Shown here piece after piece: positions 9,597 through 19,724 of a DNA stretch of 64,000 nt. The stretch lies in contig CAXXTB010000002.1 in NCBI GenBank assembly GCA_963676795.2, positions 512,001 through 576,000 on the forward strand, given 5' to 3'. Position 1 is the first letter of the stretch; the number at the start of each line of letters is the position of its first letter. The translations under genes were made by a program, and so were the position numbers. The notes under the pieces were generated by a model. The model made no database searches, had not been told where the DNA came from, and was given only the letters and a program-made list of their open reading frames with translations. This DNA comes from Geopsychrobacteraceae bacterium (GTDB lineage Bacteria; Desulfobacterota; Desulfuromonadia; Desulfuromonadales; Geopsychrobacteraceae).

Positions 9597-10822
9597 GGTT
9601 TGACTCCGAGAAAGTCACAGACCCGCAGGGAGCTTCTGACCCCGTCTTCATGGAAGCCGTTGAACCAGTAGGCGCCGCAAAAGTGCAGTCTGTCGCGCCC
9701 CGAAATCTCCTGCCACTGCTGTTGAGCCGCGAGCATGTCGTTGTTGTAGACCGGATGGGAGTAGTTGAAACTGCGCAGGGTCTTCTCAGCGGCAATCTCC
9801 TGATTGAGGGTGACCAGATAGGTGTGGTCTTTGCTCAGGCACTGCAGGATGTTCATGTCATAGGTCAGGGTTGCCGCGTGCTTTTCTGCACTCATCAGGT
9901 AGTTCCAGCTGGCCCAGGCGCGTTTAGCTTTTGGCATCAGCGAGATATCCGTATGGAGCACGACGCTGTTGGCGCTGAAGGGAAAGCGACCGAGGATCTG
10001 TCTCTCTGTTTCTGTCGGCGAAACGATTGAAGCCAGGGCCTCATCGGCGTGGCAGGCAAAGACCACCTCGTCGAACAGCTCTTCGCTTTCCGGTGTGGAA
10101 ACCATAACCCCGTCGCTTCGACGTTCAACCTGTTTGACCTGAGCCGAGGTGCGGATGTTGTTAGCAAAAGGAGCTGTCATCTTCGGGATATAGCTGCGCG
10201 AGCCGCCGACAATCGAAAACCACTGGGGGCGGTTTTTCAGCTCGAGCAGGCCGTGGTTCTCAAAGAAACGGACAAAGAAACTGAGTGGAAAGTCGCGGGC
10301 TTCGGCCGTGCCCATCGACCAGATCGCGGCGATCATCGGCAATAGATAGTTGGCGGCAAACAGGCTGCCGTAGCCCTTGCTGTCGAGATAGTTACCCACG
10401 GTGAGCTCGGAGCCTTCTTTGCTCTGACGGACCTGACGGTTGAAACTGAGGATGTCGTAAAGCATGCGCCAGAAGGACGGACTGAGCAGGTTCTTGCGCT
10501 GGGCGAAGAGTGAGTTGGGGCTGTGGCCGTTGTATTCGAGGCCGATGGCATCGTTGCGCACGGAAAAGCCCATGATCGTCTTCTGGTAGGGGACTTCCAG
10601 CTCGTGGAGCAGGCATTGAAAGTTGGGGTAGGTGCGGTCGTTGAACACGATAAACCCGGTGTCGATGGCACTCTGCTCGCCGGCAACCTCGACATCGACG
10701 GTGTGGGTATGCCCCCCGACATAGTCGTTCGCTTCAAAAACCGTGACCTCGTAGCTGCGCGACAGGAAATAAGCGCAGCTGAGCCCCGATATCCCTGAGC
10801 CGACAACGGCAATTTTTTTCAT
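9593..10822 (-). CDS. FAD-dependent oxidoreductase (amine-oxidase / fatty-acid desaturase-like)
   Basis: GSGISG Rossmann motif, GGHTHT, DTGFIVFN, GFHEDG. Confidence 0.9.
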   Translation of the reverse strand: MKKIAVVGSGISGLSCAYFLSRSYEVTVFEANDYVGGHTHTVDVEVAGEQSAIDTGFIVFNDRTYPNFQCLLHELEVPYQKTIMGFSVRNDAIGLEYNGHSPNSLFAQRKNLLSPSFWRMLYDILSFNRQVRQSKEGSELTVGNYLDSKGYGSLFAANYLLPMIAAIWSMGTAEARDFPLSFFVRFFENHGLLELKNRPQWFSIVGGSRSYIPKMTAPFANNIRTSAQVKQVERRSDGVMVSTPESEELFDEVVFACHADEALASIVSPTETERQILGRFPFSANSVVLHTDISLMPKAKRAWASWNYLMSAEKHAATLTYDMNILQCLSKDHTYLVTLNQEIAAEKTLRSFNYSHPVYNNDMLAAQQQWQEISGRDRLHFCGAYWFNGFHEDGVRSSLRVCDFLGVKP

Positions 10823-11538
10823 CAGCCAACCATCCTTTGCGCCATTCTGCTCCAGAGGCTCCTCGGGAGATGCGACGCCAGTTTGAGGAAGTAGGTAAAG
10901 CGCTTGGGAAAGTGGATTTCGGCCTGGCGCCGTTCGATCCCTTTGCGGATTTCCCGGCTTGCTGTTTCAACATCAATGAGACAGGGCATGGGGAAATCGT
11001 TGCGGTCGGTCAAGGGAGTTTTGACGAAGCCGGGGCAGACCAGACTGACATCGACCCCATAACCTTTGAGGCCGATGCGCAGGGTTTCGAGCATGTAGGC
11101 GACGGCGGCCTTGGATGCACCGTAGGCCTCCGCTCGCGGCAGCGGCAGATAGGCCGCCGATGAACCGATACCGACCAGCTGCGGCCGCTCTCCTTTGCGC
11201 AGAGCCGGAAGCAGGGCCTCGATCGCGTGGGCCAGGGTGTCGACGTTGGCACGCATCACCCGGCTGACCAGGGCGCTGTCAAAATCAGGCAGGCGGATAT
11301 ACTCACAGTTGCCGGCCGACAGAATTGCCAGATCGACCTGCTCGAAAGCGCCGAGCTTCTCCAGGGTCTCCTGGCGATCTGTCAGGTCGACCCGGAGGGT
11401 TTCCAGACCGGCTTCTTCAAGCTCACGCAGTGACTCCGCAGAACGCCCTACTGCACAGACGCTGTGCCCCTGCTGGTGATAGTCGATGGCCAGCTGGCGT
11501 CCGATTCCTGAGGTTGCCCCGCTAATGACGATTTTCAT
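10822..11538 (-). CDS. Short-chain dehydrogenase/reductase
   Basis: SGATSGIG, YGASK, PGFVKTPLT. Confidence 0.92.
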   Translation of the reverse strand: MKIVISGATSGIGRQLAIDYHQQGHSVCAVGRSAESLRELEEAGLETLRVDLTDRQETLEKLGAFEQVDLAILSAGNCEYIRLPDFDSALVSRVMRANVDTLAHAIEALLPALRKGERPQLVGIGSSAAYLPLPRAEAYGASKAAVAYMLETLRIGLKGYGVDVSLVCPGFVKTPLTDRNDFPMPCLIDVETASREIRKGIERRQAEIHFPKRFTYFLKLASHLPRSLWSRMAQRMVG

Positions 11539-11960
11539 CCCCCCATCCTTTCCTTGATCTTCCTGATCACTTTGCCGAGCAGCGGCAGCTGCTCGTAAAG
11601 CATGACGCCCAGATCAAAATAATCGCGATGATAACACACCAAACCAGCGGGGTTAAAGTGCAACACCGATATTCCGTCGACGCTGATGTTCTTGCCACTG
11701 TTGAGTCGTGGGTGGGCAAAGTTCATGGTCCACTCGACCAGTGTCGCCGTTCCGGCTTCTTTTGGCGGGGAAAAATCGAATGAGATCTCGCTGATGTTGG
11801 CGTAGAGATGGGCGAAGTAGGCGGTCAGCTGTTCTAACCCTTCAATACGGTGAGCCGGATCGACAAACAGGATATCTTCAGCGTAGATGCTTGCCAGCCT
11901 CTCCAGGTTGCCCAGGTCAAGCTGCTGATAAACGGCCAGAAAATCGTCGCAGGCGCTCAT
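11535..11960 (-). CDS. SnoaL-like / NTF2-family protein
   Basis: FVDP, HPRL, HRDYFD. Confidence 0.85.
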   Translation of the reverse strand: MSACDDFLAVYQQLDLGNLERLASIYAEDILFVDPAHRIEGLEQLTAYFAHLYANISEISFDFSPPKEAGTATLVEWTMNFAHPRLNSGKNISVDGISVLHFNPAGLVCYHRDYFDLGVMLYEQLPLLGKVIRKIKERMGG

Positions 11961-12511
11961 GATTCCCCCTGGTGGCGCAGTGGCTCGGTCAGTTGCTGCT
12001 GGAGCTTTTCGTCAATCGGCTGGTCCGGCGACAACCAGATGCCGAAATAGATTTCGGCAAAATCCCTGGAGCTGATGGTCACCAGGCTTGAGTCGTTGAG
12101 CGACAAGGTCGTCGTTTCATCCTCTGCATTATAGCAGAGACTGTAGCTGTCGCCAGTCGTCACCGGCCGGTAACTACGATGGAGCTGATCGATTTGCTCG
12201 CGAAATCGGTTCAGATAGTCTGCGTTGTACTGACGGGCGAGAACTTTTTCGGCGGCTTTGATCATGTCCTGGGCTTTGATGTCGACATCGTAGCTCAGGA
12301 TCAGGCAGCGCGACAGGCCGGTCAGCACAGAGGCATTGCCGGGGGGGACGGGTTCGGTGTAGAGCTTGGCCCGATAAACATCAAACATCAGGTAACGGAT
12401 CTTGCCGCTGCCCTGCAATGTCATCCCATCTGTCACTGCAGCGGAAAGGCAGGACGGCAGTGACATCAGAAAGAGGGCCAAAGTCCAGATCAATACGGCT
12501 GTTTGTCGCAT
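11957..12511 (-). CDS. Chalcone-isomerase-like exported protein
   Basis: Signal peptide, FDVYRAKLY, FGIWLS. Confidence 0.75.
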   Translation of the reverse strand: MRQTAVLIWTLALFLMSLPSCLSAAVTDGMTLQGSGKIRYLMFDVYRAKLYTEPVPPGNASVLTGLSRCLILSYDVDIKAQDMIKAAEKVLARQYNADYLNRFREQIDQLHRSYRPVTTGDSYSLCYNAEDETTTLSLNDSSLVTISSRDFAEIYFGIWLSPDQPIDEKLQQQLTEPLRHQGES

Positions 12512-12521
12512 GATGTCGGCC

Positions 12522-13076
12522 TCATCTGCTGTTGTTTTTACTGAAAACGATCGTGACTTCCCCGACCCTGATACCGAACTTGGTCATTTTGGCGCGGTTG
12601 ATCAGGATCTGGTCCGGTTGCAGAAACATCCAGTCGTCGAATGTCAATCGGACTGTTTTGTCTGACAGGGGTACGTCGAGCTGATATGTCCAGTTCAGCG
12701 CATTGCCGTAGGCTTGTCCTGCGGCTTGGCCGACGACATCTGCTGCTGTGCCGCTGAACTGATGTTGGCTGTCCTGGCCGATGGTCCAGATGCGTTGGCT
12801 CTGTTCGCCATCATCCCAACTGAAATCCTCGGTCAGAACCAGTTGGCTGCGGCTGGTCAGTTCTCCTTGAATGTCAACGACAAACTGTCTGGTGACCTCG
12901 CCGCTACGATTCTGGACCATTCCCCAGCCGCGGGTCTCTCCGGCGAAATAGTCAAACAGGTCGAACTTCGGTTGCTGTCCGGAGTAGTCCTTAATATCAA
13001 CGCCGCTGCAGGCGGAAAGGGGCAAGATGATGGAGAGGAAAATGATAAGCCTGATCATGACGACTGGTCTGCGCAT
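12522..13076 (-). CDS. DUF3833-family lipoprotein
   Basis: Lipobox LSAC, FDDWMF, KFGIRVG; AAGGAGG RBS before ATG 13076. Confidence 0.85.
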   Translation of the reverse strand: MRRPVVMIRLIIFLSIILPLSACSGVDIKDYSGQQPKFDLFDYFAGETRGWGMVQNRSGEVTRQFVVDIQGELTSRSQLVLTEDFSWDDGEQSQRIWTIGQDSQHQFSGTAADVVGQAAGQAYGNALNWTYQLDVPLSDKTVRLTFDDWMFLQPDQILINRAKMTKFGIRVGEVTIVFSKNNSR

Positions 13077-13221
13077 CGGAACCTCCTTTACCGCTTCATG
13101 TATAGATATAGAGAATACCATAAAAGTCATCTTCAAGTCGAAAGAGGGGTTATACCCTTTGTAATAGGAGGCACTGCGCATCGGCAGCGTGTGACTAGGG
13201 GAGGACGATCTTAGGGAGAGT

Positions 13222-13258
13222 GAAAAGAAAACGGCTGCCGATACTCACGGCGGCCGTT
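13222..13258 (-). terminator. Terminator of the truncated phosphatase gene
   Basis: Minus strand AACGGCCGCCG-TGAGTAT-CGGCAGCCGTTTTCTTTT. Confidence 0.7.
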
Positions 13259-13275
13259 GAAAACCTTCAAAATAA

Positions 13276-13522
13276 TCAGTGTTTGTGATGCTTTTCGGTG
13301 GCAAATTTTTTGATGCTGTAGCTATCGACAAGCTCCATGGTGTCGGTGACGTAGGTGCTGACCTTCAGGCTGTTATGGTCGACTTCGATGTAGGAGAGTA
13401 TCGGGACATTCGGCTGGACATAGGCCGCAACATAGCCGAAAGATTCAACATCGCCGCTCAGGGTGTAATACTTGCTTCCGCTGGCCGAATTGGCGGTGAA
13501 GTGGACAACCCCTTCAGGATAG
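13276..13522 (-). pseudogene. 3' remnant of a purple-acid-phosphatase-like metallophosphoesterase
   Basis: PEGVVHFTANSASGSKYY...VDSYSIKK resembles the C-terminus of that family. The 5' part is replaced by the IS3 end. Confidence 0.6.
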
Positions 13523-13524
13523 AT

Positions 13525-13720
13525 TGGCATGGTAGGAAAATAGTGGACACTTTTCTAAGTGCGGGTTACTACCCGTTTCCAGGAGGTGTTACATGGCAGC
13601 AAAACGGAGACAATTTACACAGGAATTCAAGGATTCCGCGGTCAAGTTCGTGACAGAACAGGGATACAAGTTATCTGAGGCGGCCCGCAATCATGATATC
13701 AATGTCAGCCAACTTCGACC
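13525..13720 (+). mobile_element. IS3-family remnant (putative left IR plus truncated orfA)
   Basis: TG...GGAAAATAGTGGACAC end-like sequence, AGGAGG RBS, then MAAKRRQFTQEFKDSAVKFVTEQGYKLSEAARN (HTH_Tnp_1-like); no orfB. Confidence 0.75.
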
Positions 13721-13749
13721 TGGAAGGCGGAATCGGAAGCAGAGCAGCA

Positions 13750-14182
13750 GGAGTATGAGAAACTCATTCCCATTGCTCAGCAAGTAGGCAGAGTGAACTG
13801 TCCGCTAACAATGGACATGCCGGTGCACAGAAACAATCCAGGGAACTGCTATCTTTTTGGTGAAGGATTGGACGTTGATTATGCAAAGGCTTTTTACTGA
13901 TTTGATCTTTCTGCCCGGCAAAGAGAATCTGATGCCGTTTTTAATATAGGGCAGATGTATCAACATGGATTGCATGTCAAGAAAAGCCTAATTAAAGCTT
14001 ATACCTATTATAGTGCTGGGATTAAAATTAAGAATGTATTTCCAGACGAAACCTCTGGTGTAACTGCCGCAGACATTCTTGATTCAATGACCACCCTCAA
14101 AGCTCAAATGACTCCGCAGGAAATCAAATTCGGCGAAGCAGAAATTCCAAAGGTCATGCGAGAATACGGCTTTGATCTTTAG
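13750..14182 (+). pseudogene. Sel1-repeat protein pseudogene
   Basis: ELSANNGHAGAQ / +1 frameshift at 13831 / NNPGNCYLFGEGLDVDYAKAFY*(TGA 13898)FDLSARQRESDAVFNIGQMYQHG. Confidence 0.75.
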
Positions 14183-14207
14183 GGATATTTGAGAATCTAT
14201 AGAGAGA

Positions 14208-14240
14208 AATAGGAGGCAAGTCTGCTCTTGCCCCCTATTG
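14208..14240. terminator. Hairpin between convergent genes
   Basis: AATAGGAGGCAAG-TCTGCT-CTTGCCCCCTATT. Confidence 0.55.
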
Positions 14241-14363
14241 CTTGTCCCCAGAACTTCAGGGGACAGGGATAACCGGCATTATAAATACCCGAACAAATGA
14301 AGCTGTTATTTCAGCCTGCAATAGAGGCTTTGAAACGATCAACTTAGCACTGTTTATGACCGA

Positions 14364-17300
14364 TTACTTCTTTGCATCGAGTATTCTGCGAACCGTATGC
14401 AGCAATAGAGGAATCTCGATCGGTTTCATAAGAAAGGCCTTAAGTCCAAAGTTTTCAGCTTGATCTCCAGAGATCTTGGAGCTGTATCCGGTACATAGAA
14501 TAATAGGCATATCGGGGCACAGCTTGAGAATTTCATGACTCAGTTCCAGGCCGGACATGCCCGGCATGGTTTGGTCACTGAGAACTAAATCATAGCCGTC
14601 CAAATCTCGTGATATTAACTCTAACGCCTTCTGGCTGTCTGTTTCGGTTGTCACATTATAACCGAATGTCGCCAGCATCATTGTCAATGTACGGGCCAGG
14701 GTCTCATCATCATCTACAATAAGGATTCTTTCATCACCGCCACCAAGGAACTCTTCCTGACCTATCTCGCTTCTCCCCTCCTGAGTCGACTTGGGAAAAT
14801 AAAGATTAAACCGGCTTCCTTGTCCTAAAGAGCTCTCGATTTTTATCAGGCCGCCATGTTGCTCGACGATCCCCTGAACTGTCGCCAACCCGATTCCTGT
14901 CCCCTGACCAACCTCCTTAGTGGTAAAAAACGGGTCGAATATTTTATCGCGTATATCCTCTGGGATACCACAACCTGTATCCTGTACACTTAAGAGGAAA
15001 TACATCCCCGCCTGCTGAGGCCCGGTCGGGGGCAGATCATTCTCAGTCAGCGTAACCTCCTCAACGGCAATTGTCAGGATCCCCTTCTCATCCATCGCAT
15101 GAACAGAGTTTGAACACAGGTTGAGCAAGGCTTCCTGAATCCGATTGGCGCTCGCCAGGATGATCATCTCATTATCGTCTGAAGGAGTCTCCATCCGGAT
15201 ATCGATCGTCGACGGAACAGTCGAACGTAAGAGTTTAACAGTCTCAAGGACAATCTTGACAATATTCACAGCAGATCTGATTTCCACTTCCTGCCGACTG
15301 AAGGCCATAATCTGACGCACCAGATCACCGGCCCGCTGAGCTGCGGTAATCGCATAGTCGAGATAGGGCAGCCCCTTGATATGTTGGGCCAGTTTGATCC
15401 GGGCCAATTCAAGATTGCCAATGATGATTGCCAGATTATTGTTGAAATTGTGGGCGATACCGCCGGCCATCAGTCCAACGGCCTCCATTTTGTATTTCTG
15501 GCGCAGCTGCTTTTCCAGATCAAGACGTTGACTTTCTGTTTCTTTTCGTTGGGTAAGATCACGCTCTACAGAAAAGAGAAAGGATTCACCGGAGATTTCT
15601 ACCCCGCAGATAACAACCTCGATTGGAAAACGGCTGCCGTCCTTGCGGCGATGCTCAACTTCAAAACTGCTGGTCCCGCCCTTGATTATGTCCATAACCT
15701 CCTGGCGTGTTCCCCGTTCGAGGATGCCGGCGTCCAGCAAGGACATAGGTTGCCCCAGCAATTCTGCGCGCGTATAGCCATGAAACACACAAGCAGCCTC
15801 ATTCATATCGACGATAATTAGTTCATTATCCCGCATCTGCAATATCAATGCATAGTCGGTAACATGTTCAAACAGAGCCCTGAACTTTTGCTCATTGTCT
15901 GCCAGTTCCTTTTGCGCCAGGACTCTCGTTGTTACATCGTTGATTATCGCCAAAAGTAAAATCTGGCGATCAAGCTTAATCGCAGAAAATGAAACTTCAA
16001 CGTCTCTAACCTTTCCATCTTTGAGACGGTGAGACTGCACTAACAACTTTCTCTCGCCATGCAATGCTTCTTTTAGCGCACGAACAACAGGTTCAGCCTC
16101 AGAGGCAGAAAGGCCGGAAAACGACAAATCTTGTAGCTCTGAAAGCCTGTAGCCATAATAGCTACAGGCCGCATTATTCGCATCGATGACTGCTGTCGTC
16201 TCCGGGTCAACGAGCAGCATGATCGTATTATTGCCTCTGAAGATCATCTGGAAACGTTCTTCGTTTTCACGCTTGAACTTCCCCTCCCTCTGTTTCAGAA
16301 AAAGGATGAAGAGCAAAAGCAGAATCACGGAGAACAGCAGGATGACAACAACAATGACAAACCAGGTCAGTTGTTTGTATTCCTGGTAAAAGCTAAAGGG
16401 TCTATTAATGAGAAGCGAACCTTGCGGCAGTTTTTTCAGGTCGACCGAAAACCGCTGCAACTGTTTATAGTCAACCATCAGAACATTGGGGCTATCGGTG
16501 ACCAAAGGCAAGTCACTCGCTGGTGTCCCGTCCAATATCTTAAGCGCCATTTCTGCAGCTTTGAGCCCCTGATAACGACCGTCTATAACGACCCCTCCCA
16601 GGGCCCCAACCCCTACAGCAGTTGTCCACAGGCTGAACAGGGGGAGATGAGAAGACTCGACGATAAGTTGTGTTGCCTCGTGACGTGGCAGGTATCCGCC
16701 TGTCGGCGTTAACAGGCCAGTGAGATCAAGAAGCACCCCATTGCCAGGCAAAGAGCCAAGAGTCTCCGGAGCATCCTCGGTCGTCATATTCAGCAATTCC
16801 TTAAACTGCAGACGACCACTGAAGTCGGGAGCCACCAGGCGATATTTATCTAAATTTTTCAGACCAACCGATGTCCTGTCAGTTGCTATAGCGTAAACAA
16901 TCTCGGTTTCAGGAAAAAGCTTAAGAGCCAGATCAAGAGTTGCCGCCAGCGAGGTGTTCTCGTTGACTCCGACAATCATAGGCTTGCCTTGAACGCGTTC
17001 GGGGTGAAAATTATTGACCCCGCAAAATACAACAGGCGTACCGGGAAAAAGGTTGTCCCTTGATTCAAGAATAAAATTGAAAGCAGCATCATCTGCGACA
17101 ATGATCAGGTCTTGAGGCTGATGTTGATACTTGTTAAGCAGACATTGAGATACGTAATCTAGATGCTGTTGCCCCGGATTGCGCCGGACATCCATATTTT
17201 CGATCGCCAGATTAATCTCAGGACGTTTCAACAAGAGTTCCAGCATGCCATCAACAAGACTGTCGGTCCAGTTATCACCCTGATGATATGAAGTGATCAA

Positions 17301-17411
17301 CAGAACCTGTCTTGAATCGGCAGGCTGTGCTTGCAACGGTGAAGCAAACAATAACCCACAGAGAAACAAAATAGAAAATACGGATCTCACAGCATTCTCC
17401 TCTGCCGTCAA
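14364..17411 (-). CDS. Hybrid sensor histidine kinase (ABC-substrate-binding-like periplasmic domain, TM, 2 PAS, HisKA, HATPase, REC)
   Basis: PVVFCGVN sensor motif, [11 protein letters not shown]-box, DPFFTTK/GTGIGL, C-terminal DQTMPGMSG receiver. Exact start is uncertain. Confidence 0.92.
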   Translation of the reverse strand: MTAEENAVRSVFSILFLCGLLFASPLQAQPADSRQVLLITSYHQGDNWTDSLVDGMLELLLKRPEINLAIENMDVRRNPGQQHLDYVSQCLLNKYQHQPQDLIIVADDAAFNFILESRDNLFPGTPVVFCGVNNFHPERVQGKPMIVGVNENTSLAATLDLALKLFPETEIVYAIATDRTSVGLKNLDKYRLVAPDFSGRLQFKELLNMTTEDAPETLGSLPGNGVLLDLTGLLTPTGGYLPRHEATQLIVESSHLPLFSLWTTAVGVGALGGVVIDGRYQGLKAAEMALKILDGTPASDLPLVTDSPNVLMVDYKQLQRFSVDLKKLPQGSLLINRPFSFYQEYKQLTWFVIVVVILLFSVILLLLFILFLKQREGKFKRENEERFQMIFRGNNTIMLLVDPETTAVIDANNAACSYYGYRLSELQDLSFSGLSASEAEPVVRALKEALHGERKLLVQSHRLKDGKVRDVEVSFSAIKLDRQILLLAIINDVTTRVLAQKELADNEQKFRALFEHVTDYALILQMRDNELIIVDMNEAACVFHGYTRAELLGQPMSLLDAGILERGTRQEVMDIIKGGTSSFEVEHRRKDGSRFPIEVVICGVEISGESFLFSVERDLTQRKETESQRLDLEKQLRQKYKMEAVGLMAGGIAHNFNNNLAIIIGNLELARIKLAQHIKGLPYLDYAITAAQRAGDLVRQIMAFSRQEVEIRSAVNIVKIVLETVKLLRSTVPSTIDIRMETPSDDNEMIILASANRIQEALLNLCSNSVHAMDEKGILTIAVEEVTLTENDLPPTGPQQAGMYFLLSVQDTGCGIPEDIRDKIFDPFFTTKEVGQGTGIGLATVQGIVEQHGGLIKIESSLGQGSRFNLYFPKSTQEGRSEIGQEEFLGGGDERILIVDDDETLARTLTMMLATFGYNVTTETDSQKALELISRDLDGYDLVLSDQTMPGMSGLELSHEILKLCPDMPIILCTGYSSKISGDQAENFGLKAFLMKPIEIPLLLHTVRRILDAKK

Positions 17412-17515
17412 ACTTTAAAGCATAAGCCTTGTTTAATATTAACAGCCAGGGGCGGTATTGCTATAAACAATCGACCCGCATACTATCGGGAGACGGAGAT
17501 TTTCTTGCCGACTAA

Positions 17516-18742
17516 TCAAAAAAATATTTGAACAACTTTTTCAAATTCAGCATCTACCTGTCGAACTGTTTGCGCCAACATGCTTTCGGATAAACCCGTT
17601 ACTTCCCAAGCTTTTGCCTGAAGCGCAGGGATTTCGTTAAAGATGCTCAGTTCCTGACCACAGGCATGGGCCAGAATGTCGGCTACATGGATAAGACAGG
17701 GTTCTAGCTGATAATGAGCAGCTCCAGGAGAATGATGACCACCTATCATCTGCACCAGTGAGGAAGGTAATCTCCACAGCTTTGTCAACTCTTTGCCGAT
17801 ACTACTGTGATCGGTTTGCCAAAAGTCCTGTTCAGCTTGATACGCAGGTTTTCTTTTTGATACGGCTCTGGATATTACGCTGGTAAATTGTTCAGGAACT
17901 TTTTCTATCAGGATTAAACGGCCAATATCGTGCAATAAACCACCAGTAAAATACTTTTCTTCACCGGGTAATCTTAAATGACTGGCCAGAATTCTTGCGT
18001 ACAACCCACAACGGATAGAATGACGCCAGAAATCCTCCATATTGAACAGATGAGATGGGACATTATCGAATTTTCGGACGACCGAGATCCCCAGAACAAG
18101 AGTCGATAAATCCTTGGTTCCAAGAATCGAGATAGCCCTCGAAATGGAATCAACTTTACCGGAAAAACTGAAAATGGGGCTATTGGCAAGTTGCAACAGA
18201 CGCCCGGACAAGCTGGCATCCTTACTGACCACGTCGGCAATTTTTTGCGCTGATGTCTCCGGGTGTTCCAGGGTTTGCACAATCTGGGTGTAAACCTTGG
18301 GAAGTGAAAAAAGCTCAACCTCTCCAGCTAACAGGGCAGCAATATGGATTGGTATTTGTTTTATATCGGGAGTTGTATCCTGGACATCGAAAGCTATGTC
18401 CGGAGTCCATCCCTTTTGCATCTGTTGAGCACAAGAGCTCAGGGCTTGGCGATAGATCGTTGTTAACGGTTCTTGATTTAGATTATTCAGAGTAAACCGT
18501 TGCTGCAGGTACTTTTCGGCCTGGGCATAAAACTGAGCAATTTCATCCTGTTGCTGGGCATACTCATCGCCAAGGAATTTTTCGTCAATATCGGCTTCAA
18601 CGATACCCCATGTTCTGAATCTTTGAAGGTGCTCAGCTTTAAGTGTGGCTCCTTTTGCCAGTATGAACCGTCCCGTGGGAGATTTCAGATCAGCGGCAAG
18701 AGTCATTCCTTCTGCCAAGTTATCAATATAAACTATAGGCAT
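17516..18742 (-). CDS. HDOD-domain signalling protein
   Basis: LLQLANSP, FWRHS, GLLHDIG, HSSIG...W, plus an N-terminal EGMTLAADL extension. Confidence 0.9.
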   Translation of the reverse strand: MPIVYIDNLAEGMTLAADLKSPTGRFILAKGATLKAEHLQRFRTWGIVEADIDEKFLGDEYAQQQDEIAQFYAQAEKYLQQRFTLNNLNQEPLTTIYRQALSSCAQQMQKGWTPDIAFDVQDTTPDIKQIPIHIAALLAGEVELFSLPKVYTQIVQTLEHPETSAQKIADVVSKDASLSGRLLQLANSPIFSFSGKVDSISRAISILGTKDLSTLVLGISVVRKFDNVPSHLFNMEDFWRHSIRCGLYARILASHLRLPGEEKYFTGGLLHDIGRLILIEKVPEQFTSVISRAVSKRKPAYQAEQDFWQTDHSSIGKELTKLWRLPSSLVQMIGGHHSPGAAHYQLEPCLIHVADILAHACGQELSIFNEIPALQAKAWEVTGLSESMLAQTVRQVDAEFEKVVQIFF

Positions 18743-18929
18743 ATTCTATCTCCTGAGGAGCTTTTCTGATCAGGTATCGACTTTGGGTTGATATTTGATC
18801 AGTGGAGGAGCCAGATTTTTCCGTCACGGTCTAGAGCTGTACAGTAGACGAAATGACGGAAATGAAGCTTTCTGCCCGGATTGCCTTTATTCTAATAGTT
18901 TACTATTGATTGGGACCTTTGCTTTCCCA

Positions 18930-18971
18930 AAAGCAATTAAAGGCCTTTCCTCATGACGAAGAAAGACCTTA
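18930..18971 (-). terminator. Putative expression-platform terminator of the GEMM-I riboswitch
   Basis: Minus strand AAGGTCTTTC-TTCGTCATGAG-GAAAGGCCTT followed by TAATTGCTTTT, just 3' of the aptamer. Confidence 0.55.
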
Positions 18972-18984
18972 AATAATGACTATC

Positions 18985-19064
18985 TCTTCGGCAACCCGGC
19001 TATCCCTGTAGGACCCGTGGCTTTGCGTCCCTGAATTGCTTCAGGTTTGCTATTGTCGTGAAAT
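18985..19064 (-). ncRNA. GEMM-I (c-di-GMP-I family) riboswitch, A20 variant predicted to sense 3',3'-cGAMP
   Basis: Minus strand CACGACAAUAGCAAACCUGAA-GCAA-UUCAGGGACGCAAAGCCACGGGUCCUACAGGGAUAGCCGGGUUGCCGAA. Shows the GCAAACC/GGGACGCAAAGC consensus and a GNRA loop; TTGACA at 19108-19103 upstream. Confidence 0.92.
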
Positions 19065-19266
19065 TATGTTGTTTAGAAAGTGTTAATCAAATCTGAGGAA
19101 TTTGTCAAGAGAAAAACGTAACATCTGGCGATTTGCCTCCGCCCTGGTTTCATCCAATTAATCGACTAGCTATAGACTTTTTGTGTTGCGGGCTGGTTAG
19201 TTTAAGTGTTTGAAATAACTTCGTTTTGGCGTTGATGGGGGGGCTCTAAAGAGTTACATGTGCCTT

Positions 19267-19716
19267 TCAGCGTTTATGCTTCTGAATCAGCCGGTCGAGC
19301 TGGTTGGCAAATTCCTGGCGATCGCTTTTACTCATGGCGGCCGGGCCGCCGGTTTCGATGCCGGCGGAGCGCAGGGTGTCCATGAAGTCGCGCATGGTCA
19401 GTTTGGCTCTGATGGTGTCGGGTGAATAGAGTTCACCGCGTGGGTTGAGGGCTATGCCGCCCTTGTCGATGACGTCGGCGGCGAGGGGGATGTCGGCGGT
19501 GACGACCAGATCGCCGGGTTCGAGCAGTTCGACGATCTTGTTGTCGGCGACATCGAAGCCGGCGGACACGACGATCAGCTTGATCTGCGGCAAGCGCGGG
19601 ATGTTCATGGCGCGGTTGGCGACCAGGGTGGTTTCGATGCCGGTCCGTTCCGCAGCGCGGTAGAGAATGTCCTTGATGACCGCCGGACAGGCGTCTGCGT
19701 CAACCCAGATTTTCAT
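19267..19716 (-). CDS. yaiI: YaiI/YqxD (UPF0178) family protein
   Basis: [23 protein letters not shown]. Confidence 0.9.
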   Translation of the reverse strand: MKIWVDADACPAVIKDILYRAAERTGIETTLVANRAMNIPRLPQIKLIVVSAGFDVADNKIVELLEPGDLVVTADIPLAADVIDKGGIALNPRGELYSPDTIRAKLTMRDFMDTLRSAGIETGGPAAMSKSDRQEFANQLDRLIQKHKR

Positions 19717-19724
19717 CGCAGTAC

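Noticed and set aside
13898..13900. In-frame TGA as selenocysteine or readthrough
   Set aside because: It sits at the conserved Trp position of a Sel1 repeat (TGG->TGA) in a gene that also has a frameshift.
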